Assembly (NCBI GenBank): GCA_023920165.1
Contig: CP089279.1
Span: 2,480,001-2,544,000 of the forward strand
Direction of reading: 5' to 3'
Origin: Curvularia clavata
Lineage: Eukaryota
DNA length: 64,000 nucleotides
In this document: positions 46,100-58,997 of the stretch, in pieces
Layout of the letters: each line of letters begins with the position of its first letter
How positions within the stretch are numbered: position 1 is the first letter of the stretch
Notes under the pieces: generated by a model
What the model was told of the DNA's origin: nothing
The model's database searches: none
Seen by the model: the letters and a program-made list of their open reading frames with translations, nothing else
Made by a program: the position numbers and the translations under genes

Positions 46100-46996
46100 A
46101 TGTCTGCAGCTCGAGCCTTCAGCACCGCTTTCCGGGCCGGAGCGCCCCGCGCCCCAATTGCCGCCCGCTACGCCGCGACTCGAAGCTATGCGGCGGCCGC
46201 TGCCCCGTCTGGCGCTGCCATCAAGCCCCCGGTTGCCCTCTTCGGCGTCGATGGAACCTACGCGAGCGCTCTGGTACGATTTTCCCGGGTTCAATTGGGT
46301 GTTTGAGGATGAATTGGAGGATGGGACATGATCAATGGCTCTTGTAGAGCAAAGAGCAAGAGAGCATGAAACAGCATCAGCTAACGTATTCAATTGACAG
46401 TACACCGCTGCCGCAAAGACCAACGCCCTCGAGCCCACCGCCAAGTCCCTCTCGAACCTCCAGGGTGTCTTCCAAAAGGACGCCAAGCTCACCGAGATCC
46501 TTCACGCTCCTTCCCTAACGGCCGCGGACAAGCAGCAGATTGTCCAGGAGCTCCAGAAGCACCTTGGTGGCGCTGACAAGGACGGCATCGTCAAGAACCT
46601 GCTTGCTACGCTTGCTGAGAACAACCGGTTGGGTGCGCTCAAGGGCATTGTCGAGAAGTTTGGTGTGCTCATGGGTGCGCACCGGGGTGAGGTTGAACTT
46701 ACGGTTACTAGTGCTGCGGTATGGAAACCTTGAAAAAAAAAACCCCCCTCGGGATTATGACGATAGAGTAACTGACGGAAATAAAACAGCCTCTCGACAA
46801 CAAGACCATCAGCCGCCTTGAAACCGCCATCAAGAACTCACAATACGTCTCTACTGGCCAGACGCTCAAGGTCGTTCCCAAGGTCAACCCCGAGATCCGT
46901 GGTGGACTCATTGTCGAGATTGCCGACCGCACCATTGACCTGTCTGTGGCTAACAAGATGGCCAAGATGAACAAGCTCCTCACCGAGGCTTTGTAA
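46100..46996 (+). CDS. ATP5: Mitochondrial ATP synthase subunit 5 (OSCP); 3 exons
   Basis: PPVALFGVDGTYASAL|YTAAAK, LAENNRL, VNPEIRGGLIVEIADRTIDLSV. Introns 46274-46400 and 46719-46789. Confidence 0.96.
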
Positions 46997-47174
46997 GAAG
47001 CTATTGTTGGAGTGTGTTTGGTGATTGGAAGGGTTAAGGGACGGAGATAGATGTGTATTCTAGAAATGAATTTTCTCGGGGGGAAAAACCAAACGAAAGA
47101 GTAAATTTATTACCCTATCCGTCTTCTTAACATAGCTTTGCCCACTCTACCTTGATACCATGTGGATCCAGATA

Positions 47175-47932
47175 TCACTTTTCCCCTATTGTCTCTTTCT
47201 CTCCTTGTCCTTCCTCATCCCCATTCCCACTCCCTTCTTTCTCGTTCTTCTTCTCCTGCTCCTGTTCTTCCTCTTCCTCCACCCCATCCCTTGTCTCTCG
47301 CTGCCTCAAACTCAAATCAACGTTCCACCCACCATCATATTCCTCCCTCTTCCTCGTCGGCTTCGTAACATCCAGCCTCGACGGCAGCCCCTCCATCTCA
47401 CCCCGCCGGTACTCGCCGCTCTGGAACCGGTACCAGGTTATCAGAGCGGCCATGTGTTGCGGTGAATGTACGGTTACAGTGCCATGACGTTTAGTTTTCT
47501 AGAAAACGAGTGAGCTGATGATACGACGGGACGAGTACAATAATGAGTGAAAGCAGGAATGGGCCCAGGAAGGAAAAAAACCAGGGAGGAAGGAAAGAGA
47601 CAAGTACATACCACGATTGTCGGATAAGCCCAAAAGAACGCGGGTGTTTTGTCCAACTCTGCAATGTTGATGGGGCGGTGCGAGGTAGGCATTAGACTGG
47701 GTGTTTGGTGAATCGACGCTGGGTATCTTATTTCGATTTGGGCGAGGGGTGGGAGGAGTGTTTGTTCTTGTGACTGCTGCGGAAGTTGGTGAGGTCGGTG
47801 CTGTAGTTGTAATTGTAGTTGCAGTTGTTGTGCCTGGGCCTGTTGTGGTTCCTGGGCAGGGGGAGGTGGAGGAGGTGGATGTGAAGAAGGTTCTTGAGTC
47901 CTTTTTGGTCGGAGTTTGTTGATGAGAGTCAT
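47175..47932 (-). CDS. Hypothetical low-complexity protein; 2 exons
   Basis: Intron 47499-47611 (GTATGT..CTCAC..TAG) joins PAFFWAYPTIV to KTKRHGTVTVHSPQHMAALITWYRFQ in frame; P/Q-rich N-terminus and E-rich C-terminus. Confidence 0.6.
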
Positions 47933-48211
47933 CTTGGGTAGAAATGGGCGCGCAACGGATATAGGTTGTTACCGGAGTTGAGTGGAGTGAATAACTGATA
48001 CCTGTTTTGAGGAGACGACTACTTGTCCAGTGCGTATGAGTTTTTCTGATTGCTGATTTCACCGCATTTGGTTCTACAGCTGCGGGGAAGGAACGAGAAG
48101 GCCAGCAACCATGGTACAGACAGGCAGTCGCAATGAGCAATCAAATAGCAAGAGAATCAGATAACATAACGATGTGAGCATCGAGCGGAACGGTGGATCT
48201 ATATCGCAATT

Positions 48212-49674
48212 CTATTGTCGCTTGCAATAGTCTCTCCCGTGGTTTACTTGCCAACGACACAGGCTCACTTCCACAGCCATACCCAAAAAGCCGGCAATGC
48301 AGATACCTGCCGAGTCACTTACACTTGTTGCGCCCAGACTAAACTCCCTATCCTCTTTGGGCACATTGTCGGTGATTTCAGCAAACGTGCTGACATAGAC
48401 CAAGCCGCCTAGCAAACCTTCCCAGAATATAATGACGCAGACAATGTAGTAGCTTGGGATGAATGCAAACATGGCGTGCAACGTGAGCAGAATCAGATTG
48501 CCAATTTGCAGGAACGAAGGAAAGTAGAGGTGGTGAATGCGGATAAAAGGCGTCGAAGAGCGCGAGATGAAGACACCGACCTGGTAGATTGCATTGTAGG
48601 TGCTGTAGAAGGAGCGGTATTCATCAAAGGGAGAGGATTCGAGCGGGAAGAGCAACGTCGGCGCAACACCTTGGTTGATTGTATACTCGGCAATGTAGAC
48701 GAGGAGAAGGGGGAGCATGCTGTAGTTTGTTAGTTCCGCATACATGGATATCGTCGGACCAGCTTACTAGGGAAAGAACAAGCTCCTTGCACGGTTGAGA
48801 TTGGCCTGGAAGCTACTCAGCGCACGGTTAGCGGGCTTAGTGTTGGCGGAACTGAAGGTACGGCCCGAGGCCGAGTGCATAGAGGACGACAGCAGATCGT
48901 CTTGCTCCCTGGGCTCGGCTGCCTCGTCATCATCTGGATCTTGGTCATTGATAGCTTCATACTCGTCATGCTTCTTGGCACCGGCGCGAAGAGGGCCCAG
49001 GGGAAGGACAAAGAAAAAGCTAAAGAGCATGACCAAGGGAAGGAAAGAAAAGACAAGCAGACTGGATCGAGGATCGATGCCAAGCGTATTTGTCGCAATG
49101 GCGTAGGCACCCGCACCGATCAGCCCTGCGCCTCCCGTGCCAGAACCCCAAGAAGCGAGGGCAAAATGGCCGTAGAAATGGGTGAGGCCCAGGAAGCTAA
49201 GCTCGCCGCCTCCGCTGCTGAGGCTGGCGAGCATGACGCCGCACATCTTGATGGCAATGGTAGCCGAGTCCTGCAGAGGCGGGGTCAGGGCGATGACGAG
49301 CATGCCGCCTGCCGACAGGGCGACAAAAGTCACGATGCGGACATGGTAGGGGATCTTGTGTATGAAGTAGGGGGCGCAGAGCTTGGTCAGGAACGAGGGG
49401 AGGACATCGGCGAGCAGCACGAGGCCCTTGGGGACGTTTGGGCCGACGAGATCGAGGGCAGCAGAGAGGATGATTACGTAGAGGACGTTGTTGATGAGGC
49501 CTGTAGTGTGTAAGTGGGGTGTCCCTAGGCGGGCGTCGATCTTGGGAGAGGCCTACCAAACAGCCAGAAGGCGGTACACACTCGCGGATCAGCACCATGG
49601 AAGACCGCACGCAGGCGGGCACGGTAGAGGGCCCAGGAGGAAGCGGGAGAGCCGGGCATGGGGAGGAGAGACAT
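48212..49674 (-). CDS. BTN1: Battenin/CLN3 vacuolar membrane protein; 3 exons
   Basis: [68 protein letters not shown]. Introns 49501-49556 and 48720-48767. Confidence 0.95.
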
Positions 49675-50299
49675 GCGTCGCAGAGGGAGGGGGGGGGGAG
49701 GGCCAGCAGCTTCACATATCAGCGCGATGAGGGATGTCTAGATGCACGTGTCGTGTGCGTGTGCCGGCGAGGATGACGCGGGTTGGTGGTTAGGGCGGCG
49801 GGCGGCGCGGACAAGGGCTGGGGCTTGGCATGGGGAACTATTCAGGAACGACATGCATGCCAGAATGCGCCTGTTTTGTTTTTGTGTGTTTTTTTGCCTG
49901 CATGTGCAACGCACTAGGACGCTGGCAGACGCTCCGCCCGTCCTTTGTTTCGGCGGATGCAGGCCCTCTTCCCCTTGGCTGCCGGCTCGCAGCGCATCAT
50001 AGCGGCTGTGCCTATTGTTAGGGCCCATGGTAGTGTCCATGTAAAGTGTGCATATGCGGGGCGCTCGCTGTCGCTACAGGGATGCCCGCCTACGCCTGCG
50101 CTTGTGCCTTTCTCGTCTCCTCGCTTCCTCAAGCCTACCGCTGCTGCTCGTGCTACTACTACTGCTGCTACTGCTGGCTGCTCCCTTTTCCCCTCCTCCT
50201 CGCCCTCTTCTCCCACCATACCGTTGTTCGTATTCGAGCTCTTGTTCCCCCCCGCTCGCGACATCGCCCTCCATTGTCATCTATGAGCCTGACCCTAAC

Positions 50300-53200
50300 A
50301 TGAGTCGCCCGCCGCCCTTCCAACATCCTCCAGATCGTCCCATGAACCACCACACCCAGGCTCCTCAGGCCTATCCGGCCTATCCTCCCAAGTCGCCCTC
50401 GCAGCAACAGCAGCAGCAGCAGCCTCACCCCTCGCACGCCGCCGATCCAAACTCGACCTCTCGCCGCGACGCATTTTACCCTCCAGCGCCGCAACACGCT
50501 CGACACAGCAGTCAAGGACGACCGGGAGGAAACAATGCGCCCCAGGGCCAAACGGGCGAGGGCCCAGGGCAGGGCGCTTGGCCAAACACAGGTATGGATA
50601 CCACTATTTTTTCAAGAGCACACGCGGGCGCATAGTCAGCCATTGCTCATGTATACCGGGCACCCGTCTTGCACAGGCCAGTGCTGTGTATACTGCGGCG
50701 CGGGGCGGCGGGCTGGCCGACACGAGACGACCTGTACAAAGGCATTGCCTGCATGCTGCATCCATGGACATGGTCCATGACACGTCGATTGAGAACAGAG
50801 CACCTCACCGCCTGTTGCTGGCCCTGTAGGTGGTGCAGACAGCCACAGACAGCGGCTGGCCGGCTAGTCGTTGCTTCTGCCGACCGTCGCAGCCCTCCGC
50901 CCCCGAGCCGCACGACAATGTGAGCAGCACACACTGGCACTGGCACTCGGCGTGGGCGCGCTATTTGTCGGTGCAGACGAGCATGGGTCTGGCGATTTTC
51001 CATGGCGCACTCCGCATATGGATCGGCGGGCCCTAGGCCTGTTTCGAAAAGTCGCGACTCAGTCCGAGCTTGTGCTGATCCTGGTCTCCAGCGCGACCGA
51101 TACACTATGAAACCCATCACGCCCAGCCCGGCCCTTCGTCAGCCATGACCACTGCAAATAATCCTCCTCCCCCCGCCCCGTATGGCTTCGACGCTGCCCG
51201 CACACGCTCGCTGAACGGCGCCAGTCCTCCCCATCCCTACGGTACACCGCGCCCGCGCCCGTTTCCCCTCTCCTCCCGCTTGCCCGCATCTGGGCCAAAG
51301 TCTGACCTAGTCCACAGAGCTAACTCGCCCATAGGCCCATCTCACGATCACCCGCCTCCTCCATCCTATGCGCGACCGCAGATGCCTCCTCCATCCTCGC
51401 CCGCCCAGCAGCATCCCCATGCGTCGCAGCCCCAGCGCGCGCAATACCCTCCCAACTTTGCGCCTGCTAGGGAGCTCCCTGGCCTAGGCCAAGCTATGCG
51501 ACCGGGCAGTAGCATGGCCATTTCGTCTCTGATCGGTGGCGGGGGTGACACAGGTGCCTCCATCCAAACAACACAGTCGCCCTCATCCCCCTCGGCAAAC
51601 GCGCCTTCGTCCAACGGCCACAGCATGCAGCCGCCCTCGCCTCGTCGTGCGCCCCTCTCAGGCCCGCGATCAGACTTTGCTTCTTTTCGCCGCCAGCAGA
51701 CACCCGAACGCGGTACCTACGGGGGGAGCGCCTCGCGACCTGAAGGACACGCTTTTTCGTCCGCATCGCCTGGCCAATCGTACAGCAACCAGGCATCGCC
51801 CGACCCTGCCCGCCAGTCGCTTCCCCCAAACAGTCAGTCTTACAAGCCCATGAACTATGCCGGCCAACGCCATTACGCCCAAGATCCGAATCGCCAGCCA
51901 TCTGGAGGCATCCCACCGCGACCGAACAGCCAGCCAAATGGCCCACCAGGGAACAATGAGCAAGAGGAAAGGGTCGTCTACGACGCGTTTGGAGGCCGGC
52001 GCAATGCCTATGGCCCACACGAGGAACGCAGGCGCACGCTGGGCGAGTCGCATCACGCAAGACCAAATGCCGCTGAGCTTCTAGCAGGGAGCAACCAGAA
52101 CGGATCGGAAAGGGACAGGGCTGCGACGGTTCATCCCGTGTCGCAGTCTGCGTTCAGCCCACCCCAACAGCACCGCAATACCTCTGGCTCCTCCGAGCCT
52201 CCGCGCAGTCTTTGGCGGCATTCGGCCCCCACAGGCCCTGGTCGCGAACTTAGCCACGACGGGCGACAAGAGGAGCCTCCACCGCTACACCGCACCTATG
52301 GCCCATATCCGCCCGCCATGCTGGGTGCGGGACGCTATGGTGCCCAAAGCTCAGAGGATATGCTTCGACGCAGCGTAGACCACCTCGGTCACCGAGTCGT
52401 AGAGCAGTACCATGCTCCTCCTACCTCAGACCCAAACACCATGGAGCGTCACAAGACAGAGCCACTTGCCCGCTCATTGTCTTCTGGGGGCAGGTCTCTG
52501 TACGACCAGCCTCAGAAAATGGGTGAGGCCATGCAACACTCCAAATCTCACATTGGCTTTGGGCTGGAAGCGAGCAGACGCACCGGCCGGGCTTCTCCAG
52601 TACCACAGGCGGTCCAAGGTGCCCAAGCACAGCCCTTGTCGATAGGAAAAGACCCAGGAATTAAGAGCGAGTTTGGACGAATGTTTTCAGGGCTGGGTAG
52701 CGGTCTGGGCTCCACTACACCATCGCGCGGAAGCCCACTACCGCAAGGGGGTTCTTTTGAGTCAGACAATGGTGAGATGATGAGAAGAATAGGTTCTCAG
52801 CAAGGAAAGAAGCCAAAGCGAGCAAAGGAAGAGGAGGGCATCCCTGACATGGATAGCCCTGATGGTAGGGGGACTCCGTTTGGCTCTCGTGGTGCCAAAC
52901 GGAACAAGCACCACCACCACCATCATCATCATCACCCTCCTCCACCTCCTCCACCCCATCAGTAAGTTAAACGCTTTGTCATTGCAAGGTCCATGCTAAC
53001 AATCCAGCCACCATCACCATCACCACCACCATCATCACCACAAGCCTGACGACGAAGGTCCACCCGCACCAACGTCAGCGATGATCAACGGGCGACCAGC
53101 TGGCCTGCCTCAACCAGGACCCGGCCAGTCAGTCCACCATCACCACCATATCCAGGGAAACCCGCCGCCGCACCACCACCATCACCACCATCATGCACCC

Positions 53201-53977
53201 CGTCCAAATCAGCAGGCACCTCTCCCTGTGGCGAAGATACCCATCAAGGTTCACGACATACAGCCCATCTTGGAAGAAGCCGCCAAGCGCCCTCGAAGGC
53301 ATCTCGGATCGCAACTGTACCAGGCCAAGACGGAGCTGCCAAAGCCCAACTCATCGTTGGATGACCAGTTTGGCTATGCCTCGAAGCCTCAGCGGCTGCC
53401 GCGCTTTGACGTCAACCCTATCAATTGCACGTTTACCATCAGAGTACCTCGATACTACCTGAAGCCGCGCCAACGACAGCACATTGTGTTGGAGAGGCAT
53501 CTCTGGGGTGCGCGTGTGTACCGTGACGATTCGGACCCTCTGGCCGCTGCTATTCACTCTGGGTGGATTCGTGGAGAGTGGGACGACACTGTCGACGTTG
53601 CCATGCTTGATCCACGCATCACTGCGCCCAATGACCCCTCGGATGCCCAAGACGTCCTCACCAAGCTCCCGGCTGCCCCTGTAACGCCGCCCGCCGACAT
53701 GGACTTGCAGATTGAGATTGTTATTCTGCCGCAGCTTCAGGAGTACACGGGCTCAGTCGAGTATGGCATCTCGAGCAGGAAGAGCAAAGGACACGAGGGA
53801 CTCAGCTTTATGATCAACAAGATACGCTGGGTGGAAGAAGGCATTGGCAGCAGGGGCCAGGATAGAACAGCAGCAGCGTTGAAACGCCGACTCGACGCCA
53901 GTGCGGCCCTGCTCGCTCTCAAGAGCGGTATTGTTGATACACATAGGGTCAACGGTATGGCAACACTACATGCTTGA
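50300..53977 (+). CDS. RXT3: Rxt3-domain protein (Rpd3L histone deacetylase complex), long disordered His/Pro-rich N-terminus; about 4 exons
   Basis: C-terminal LWGARVYRDDSDPLAAAIHSGWIRGEW..LPQLQEYTGSVEYGISSR; SEFGRMFSGLG motif. Introns 50592-51091, 51242-51334 and 52962-53007. Confidence 0.85.
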
Positions 53978-55449
53978 TAACTTGGTCAAGTTGGCGCAGC
54001 ATCTTGACGTATAACGGCCGTCTCAGGATTTATGGCGTATGGCATTTTGTAGCATGCAGTTGAGTTTTTGCATTGCTAGATACCCGCATTTTGTTTCCAA
54101 GCTTCAGTTTGGCGAAGTATCTGTATATTGGCACATAGCGAAGGCGAAGTCTGCGTTTGTATTTTGACGACATGTAATGAGCTATTTTTGCTAGCATACT
54201 AGGAAGGTGAAACAAAAGCAAAAGCAAAAGTATCTGGTAGCTTGTGTAGTCATGATGAAATGTCTAGTGGTTTGTTTGGTTGTGTGCACGTGGTTTGAGC
54301 AGTGGAGGACACATCCCGCGGGATTACACATGCGCATACACACACATTAGCTGCAGGAGAGCGATAGCGGTGTGCGCTGTTCCTGGAGCACAGATAAGAC
54401 TATCGGACCTTAAGACGTTCGGGCAAGCACGCTTGGCCATCTTGAGATACGCTGTCTCCATTCATCAACTCGGGCGTGCCTCAGCAAAGCAATTACCCAC
54501 TGCGCGCACGACACTTTGTGCCAGCCAGACCCAAGCCTGCCCCGCCAAACCATCCCACCGCTTGCGCCACACCAGACCACGACTGGCAAACACGAATAGC
54601 CACAATGGGCCATACGAGAACCTATTCCATCTCAACGGTAAGCTCAATTCGCGTCTTTTTTTCTGGGCCTGGCCGATTTCCCACGACTGGCGTGTAAGAG
54701 AGCAAAAGAGATTTCACTTTCCTTTTGGCGACTTCTTCCGGCATTCGGCGGCTTAAGGCAGGCTTCTCGACTACCCTAGCTGGCTTACTGGAGCCCGTTG
54801 TCGTCATGGCGCAGACGACACGGATGGCATCATGACACACGACCAGCCCAGGCACCGCAGATGCGACGTCTTGGAGCCCATGGCTGACGGGCCAGACGGC
54901 TATGTACACACAAACACTGGGCGGTAGCATCGACTTGGCCGCCCTTCCGCCCGGCGAGACAGGTTCATCTGCAGCCCAGCGTCTGGCTTGTCGAATGACA
55001 TCTCCCTGCAGCGTCTGCTCCACTGCGCCCACTAGCCTGGAGCCGCAATCCGCACGCCTGCTGGTGAGAAAAGAAGGACACGGTACCGAATGCGGGGAAT
55101 CGCCGTCAATCGTTCAGTCCCATCGTCTTTTCGCTTCTTGACTTGCCCTGCCCGGACCACGCTCATGATTCTGCAACACAACTCCCCCCACGCCCTTACC
55201 GCTATTGCTTCAGCCCAAACCCACCACTCGTCGCCTCGCTTCTCGGAAGCCTCTCCCTTGACCGCCTAATCCTTTTTGCATTGCCGTTTCTGGTCTTAAA
55301 AGCCGCAATCTATCGCCGCGGCTTCGGAATCCCTTCGGCTGCATTCCGACATATTACTTTTCGCCAGCCCTCTCTTCCCTCGTGTCGCTCTCTCACCTTG
55401 ACCCTTCTTCTCGTCACTGCATCTTAGGGAGCTGGACTCGCCGCGCACC

Positions 55450-56931
55450 ATGACGGATACCAATGGATCTTATGCGCCAAACATGCGCGCCGTGCCTGCT
55501 GGCGACTTTGTAAGGCCGAGTAGAAAGACTAACGGTGCTGGTGTACAGGCCGAAGACACTCGAATATGCGTAGTCATGGTCGGCTTGCCTGCGCGGGGCA
55601 AGAGTTTGATTGCTCAGAAAGGTGTGCCCTTTTCTGCCTATACACGTTACTGCCACGGACTGACAGTTACACAGTTGTCCGCTACCTGCACTGGTTATCG
55701 ATCAAATCAAAGACATTCAATGTTGGGCAGTATCGCCGGACCGCGACCCCTAATCCCTCGGCCGAATTTTTCGACACATCGAACCCTGAGGGCGAGCGCT
55801 TGCGAAAAGCTGCGGCTGAGGCAGCCGTCAATGACATGTGCAAGTGGTTTTCCGAGGGCAGGGGCCTGGTTGCGATTCTGGATGCCACAAACTCTACGAA
55901 GAGCCGGCGAAGGTGGATACAAGAACGATGCTCTGCGGACAACATTGAGACACTTTTCGTCGAGTCCAAATGCGACGACGAGGAGCTCATCATGAGTAAC
56001 ATTTTGGAAGTAAAGACGACGTCCCCAGACTACGTTGGTCAGGACCCTGAGGCAGCTGCGGCCGATTTCCGCAACCGTATTCGAAACTACGAAAAGGTTT
56101 ACCAGACAATAGACGAGGATGAGCGGGACTTGACATATGTCAAGCTCATCAATGTCGGCAAGCAAGTCATTATCAACCAGATCCAGGACTACCTCCAGAG
56201 TCGAGTCGTGTACTACTTGATGAACCTGCACATCAAGCCTCGCTCCATCTGGTTATCGAGGGTGAGTTGATCAAACGATATTTTAGGTTCAATACTAACC
56301 AGGACAGCACGGCGAGTCACAATACAACCTCACGGGGCAAATCGGAGGAGATGCCAACCTCTCAGAACGCGGCGACGCCTATGCGCATGCGCTGCCCGGT
56401 CTCGTCGCAAAATCGGTTGGCGATGGTCGCAAACTCACCGTGTGGACATCGACACTAAAACGAACCATCCAAACAGCACGATTCCTGCCTTTTGAAAAGC
56501 TCGAGTGGAAAGCACTTGACGAACTCGATTCTGGTGTCTGCGATGGTCTCACATACGCGCAGATTGAACAAAAATACCCCGAGGATTTCAAACAGCGTGA
56601 CGAGGACAAGTACAACTATCGCTATCTTGGCGGCGAGTCGTACCGCGATGTTGTCATTCGACTGGAACCCATCATTATGGAGCTGGAGCGCAGCGAGAAT
56701 ATCTTGATTGTCACTCATCAAGCCATTCTACGGTGCATTTACGCATACTTCATGAACGTACCCCAAGAACAGAGTCCCTGGATGGAGGTACCTCTACACA
56801 CGCTGATAAAACTGACACCGAAAGCATACTCGACACAGGAAGAACGACTAAAGGCCGACATACCAGCTGTCAGCACGTGGCGAGGTAAGGGCACCAAGGC
56901 TGAACACCAGCAGGCGAACACCAGCGCATAG
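55450..56931 (+). CDS. FBP26: 6-phosphofructo-2-kinase/fructose-2,6-bisphosphatase; 3 exons
   Basis: P-loop MVGLPARGKS, FNVGQYRR, DATN, phosphatase RHGE formed across intron 56262-56307, GGESYRD. Intron 1 is 55622-55674. Confidence 0.93.
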
Positions 56932-57436
56932 CTTATTTCGTCTAGCTCCCGGGGAACTCTGCAGTCCGGGGGCCCATGTTGAGAGAATTGTAACGAACTA
57001 GCGGAATGAATACCTTTCGGCAACACTATAGACGGACAAGGACGAATGGGGACTCAAACGACTGTATGTTGGTTATTGGCGTGTGCATGGGATAGATTGG
57101 CATTTCAGCGCAGTTTGGGCAACATATTATTAGACGGCATCACCATGAACGGGAGGGAGGGAGTCGATATTCGATGATAAATACCAATGAAGAACATTTT
57201 GACGTCTGTTAGTTGTGGAGTTTGAAACATGTGCGTTTTACAGTATGCTGGAAGAAGGGTTGGCTAAGACTACTAAAGGACGTCAGGATATTGCCCACCC
57301 ACCTTCCCGTCTTAGCCTCTCCCGCGGACATGAGCAGCAACCACCCCCACCTCTATCTATTGACAGTACATACTTGCTACCAACACCACCAGCGCACAAC
57401 CATCGCGCAAACCTCATTACTTGCCGCAATGCGACA

Positions 57437-58142
57437 ATGCCACCCTCGCCCACTGCAACCCCGGAATCTCCTTTCCAACACCACCCCTCCCCACCACACA
57501 GTCTAAACACCCCGCCGCATCCTCCACCAGCGTCCCACTCTCCCAGCGGACCTCACTACCCAGCCCCAGCCTCAGCCTCAGCATCAGGATCCCCGCGCCC
57601 CAGGCTTGCGTTCCCACCCCCTTCGCGCCAAACCCACGACCGAGACGAAGAAGCGCGCCGCAGTTTGCAGGCACGAGGGAAGAATTACAACACCACTCCC
57701 GGTACATCGTCACGAGGTGGAAGGGGAGAGCAAGGAGGAAGTGGATGGACATGGGAGGCTCGACAAAAGCGCGATGAAGCAGCCAGGATACTAGAGAGTG
57801 AAGAGTTATTGATGTGGTTTGCGGGAACGAGGTGTGAAGTTAGTTGTCCCCTGTTCCCCCCATCTTTCTTCTACATTCTTTCTTTCTTGCTTCCCCATAT
57901 CACATGTTTTGGGGAGTGGGGCATAAAGGTTAACGTGTAAGCAGAGTATACCGCAGACCCGCGCGCATTACAGAAATGTACTTCTTGGGCTCGAGGGAAG
58001 CCCAAGTGTGAGGGAGAATGTCGTGTGGAGGGAGGAGTGGGAAGGACCGGAGATGTTGGGGCAGCAGCAAGGGTTGGGCGTGGCGATGGGGATGGGGAGT
58101 CCAGGGAGAGGGAAGGGGAAGGAGAGGAGGGTGCGAGGGTGA
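57437..58142 (+). CDS. Hypothetical protein; 2 exons
   Basis: Intron 57839-57944 joins RDEAARILESEELLMWFAGTRCE to SIPQTRAHYRNVLLG in frame; Pro/His-rich N-terminus. Confidence 0.6.
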
Positions 58143-58997
58143 GGGTGAAGAAGAGGAGGGATACGATGGCATGCCTTCGAACACACGTATGGGAATGTGG
58201 GTTGGTCTTTTTGAGAGGAGGGTTGCGAGAAGAGGTGCTTTATTCCTTTTATTTCTGTCAAAATTCCGCGTGTACGGAAGAGGCAAGATGGCGTTCTAAC
58301 ATGTATATACCTCACTCTTCTTCCTCTTTGCGAGCGAACATGATACCCCCGACTTGAGCAAATACAAGCTTTCACTACAATGTGCTGAGAATCCTCGATC
58401 GAGTCATGTCATCAAAGGAAAGACAACAGCAGGTCACTATCGCATTACCGTTGTCGAATTGATAACTTATTTATTTCCTCGCATCCTCCCTTGCCCCCTT
58501 CCATGCTAGGGGCGAGAGTGTGAATCCTATACCATACACGCACGCAACGAATGAATTTGCCCAAAAACGCCCGTATGCGGTTTCGCTCTTTGCCTACCCC
58601 TTCCATGCTCGAACGAACGCATTTCCTTTTGGGCGCTTCCCAGGCTCAGAAGCCTTGTTTACTCAGATACTTCTCCATGGCCGACGCAAAAGTCCAGAGG
58701 GGGATCCGCCTGCCTGCCTCCATCAACCTTATAATTTCACATTCCCTCCTCCATACCGACATTGCGCCACCATGGCTTCTCGCTCTCAGCCGCGCCCTTG
58801 TCCGCAAATAACTCCTCTGCATCGCCCACCTGTCTCCTCTCGCTAATTTCTCTGCTTACCTGTCCGCTCAATTTGAGCTTCATGGCCTTGCTGGCCAAAA
58901 AAGGATTGTACTTGCGCGAACCGTTACCCTGCGCCATTCCTCGGGATGATCGGATGAGTTCGCTCGATGTCCATCCGCCCCTCATGACGGGTAATTG

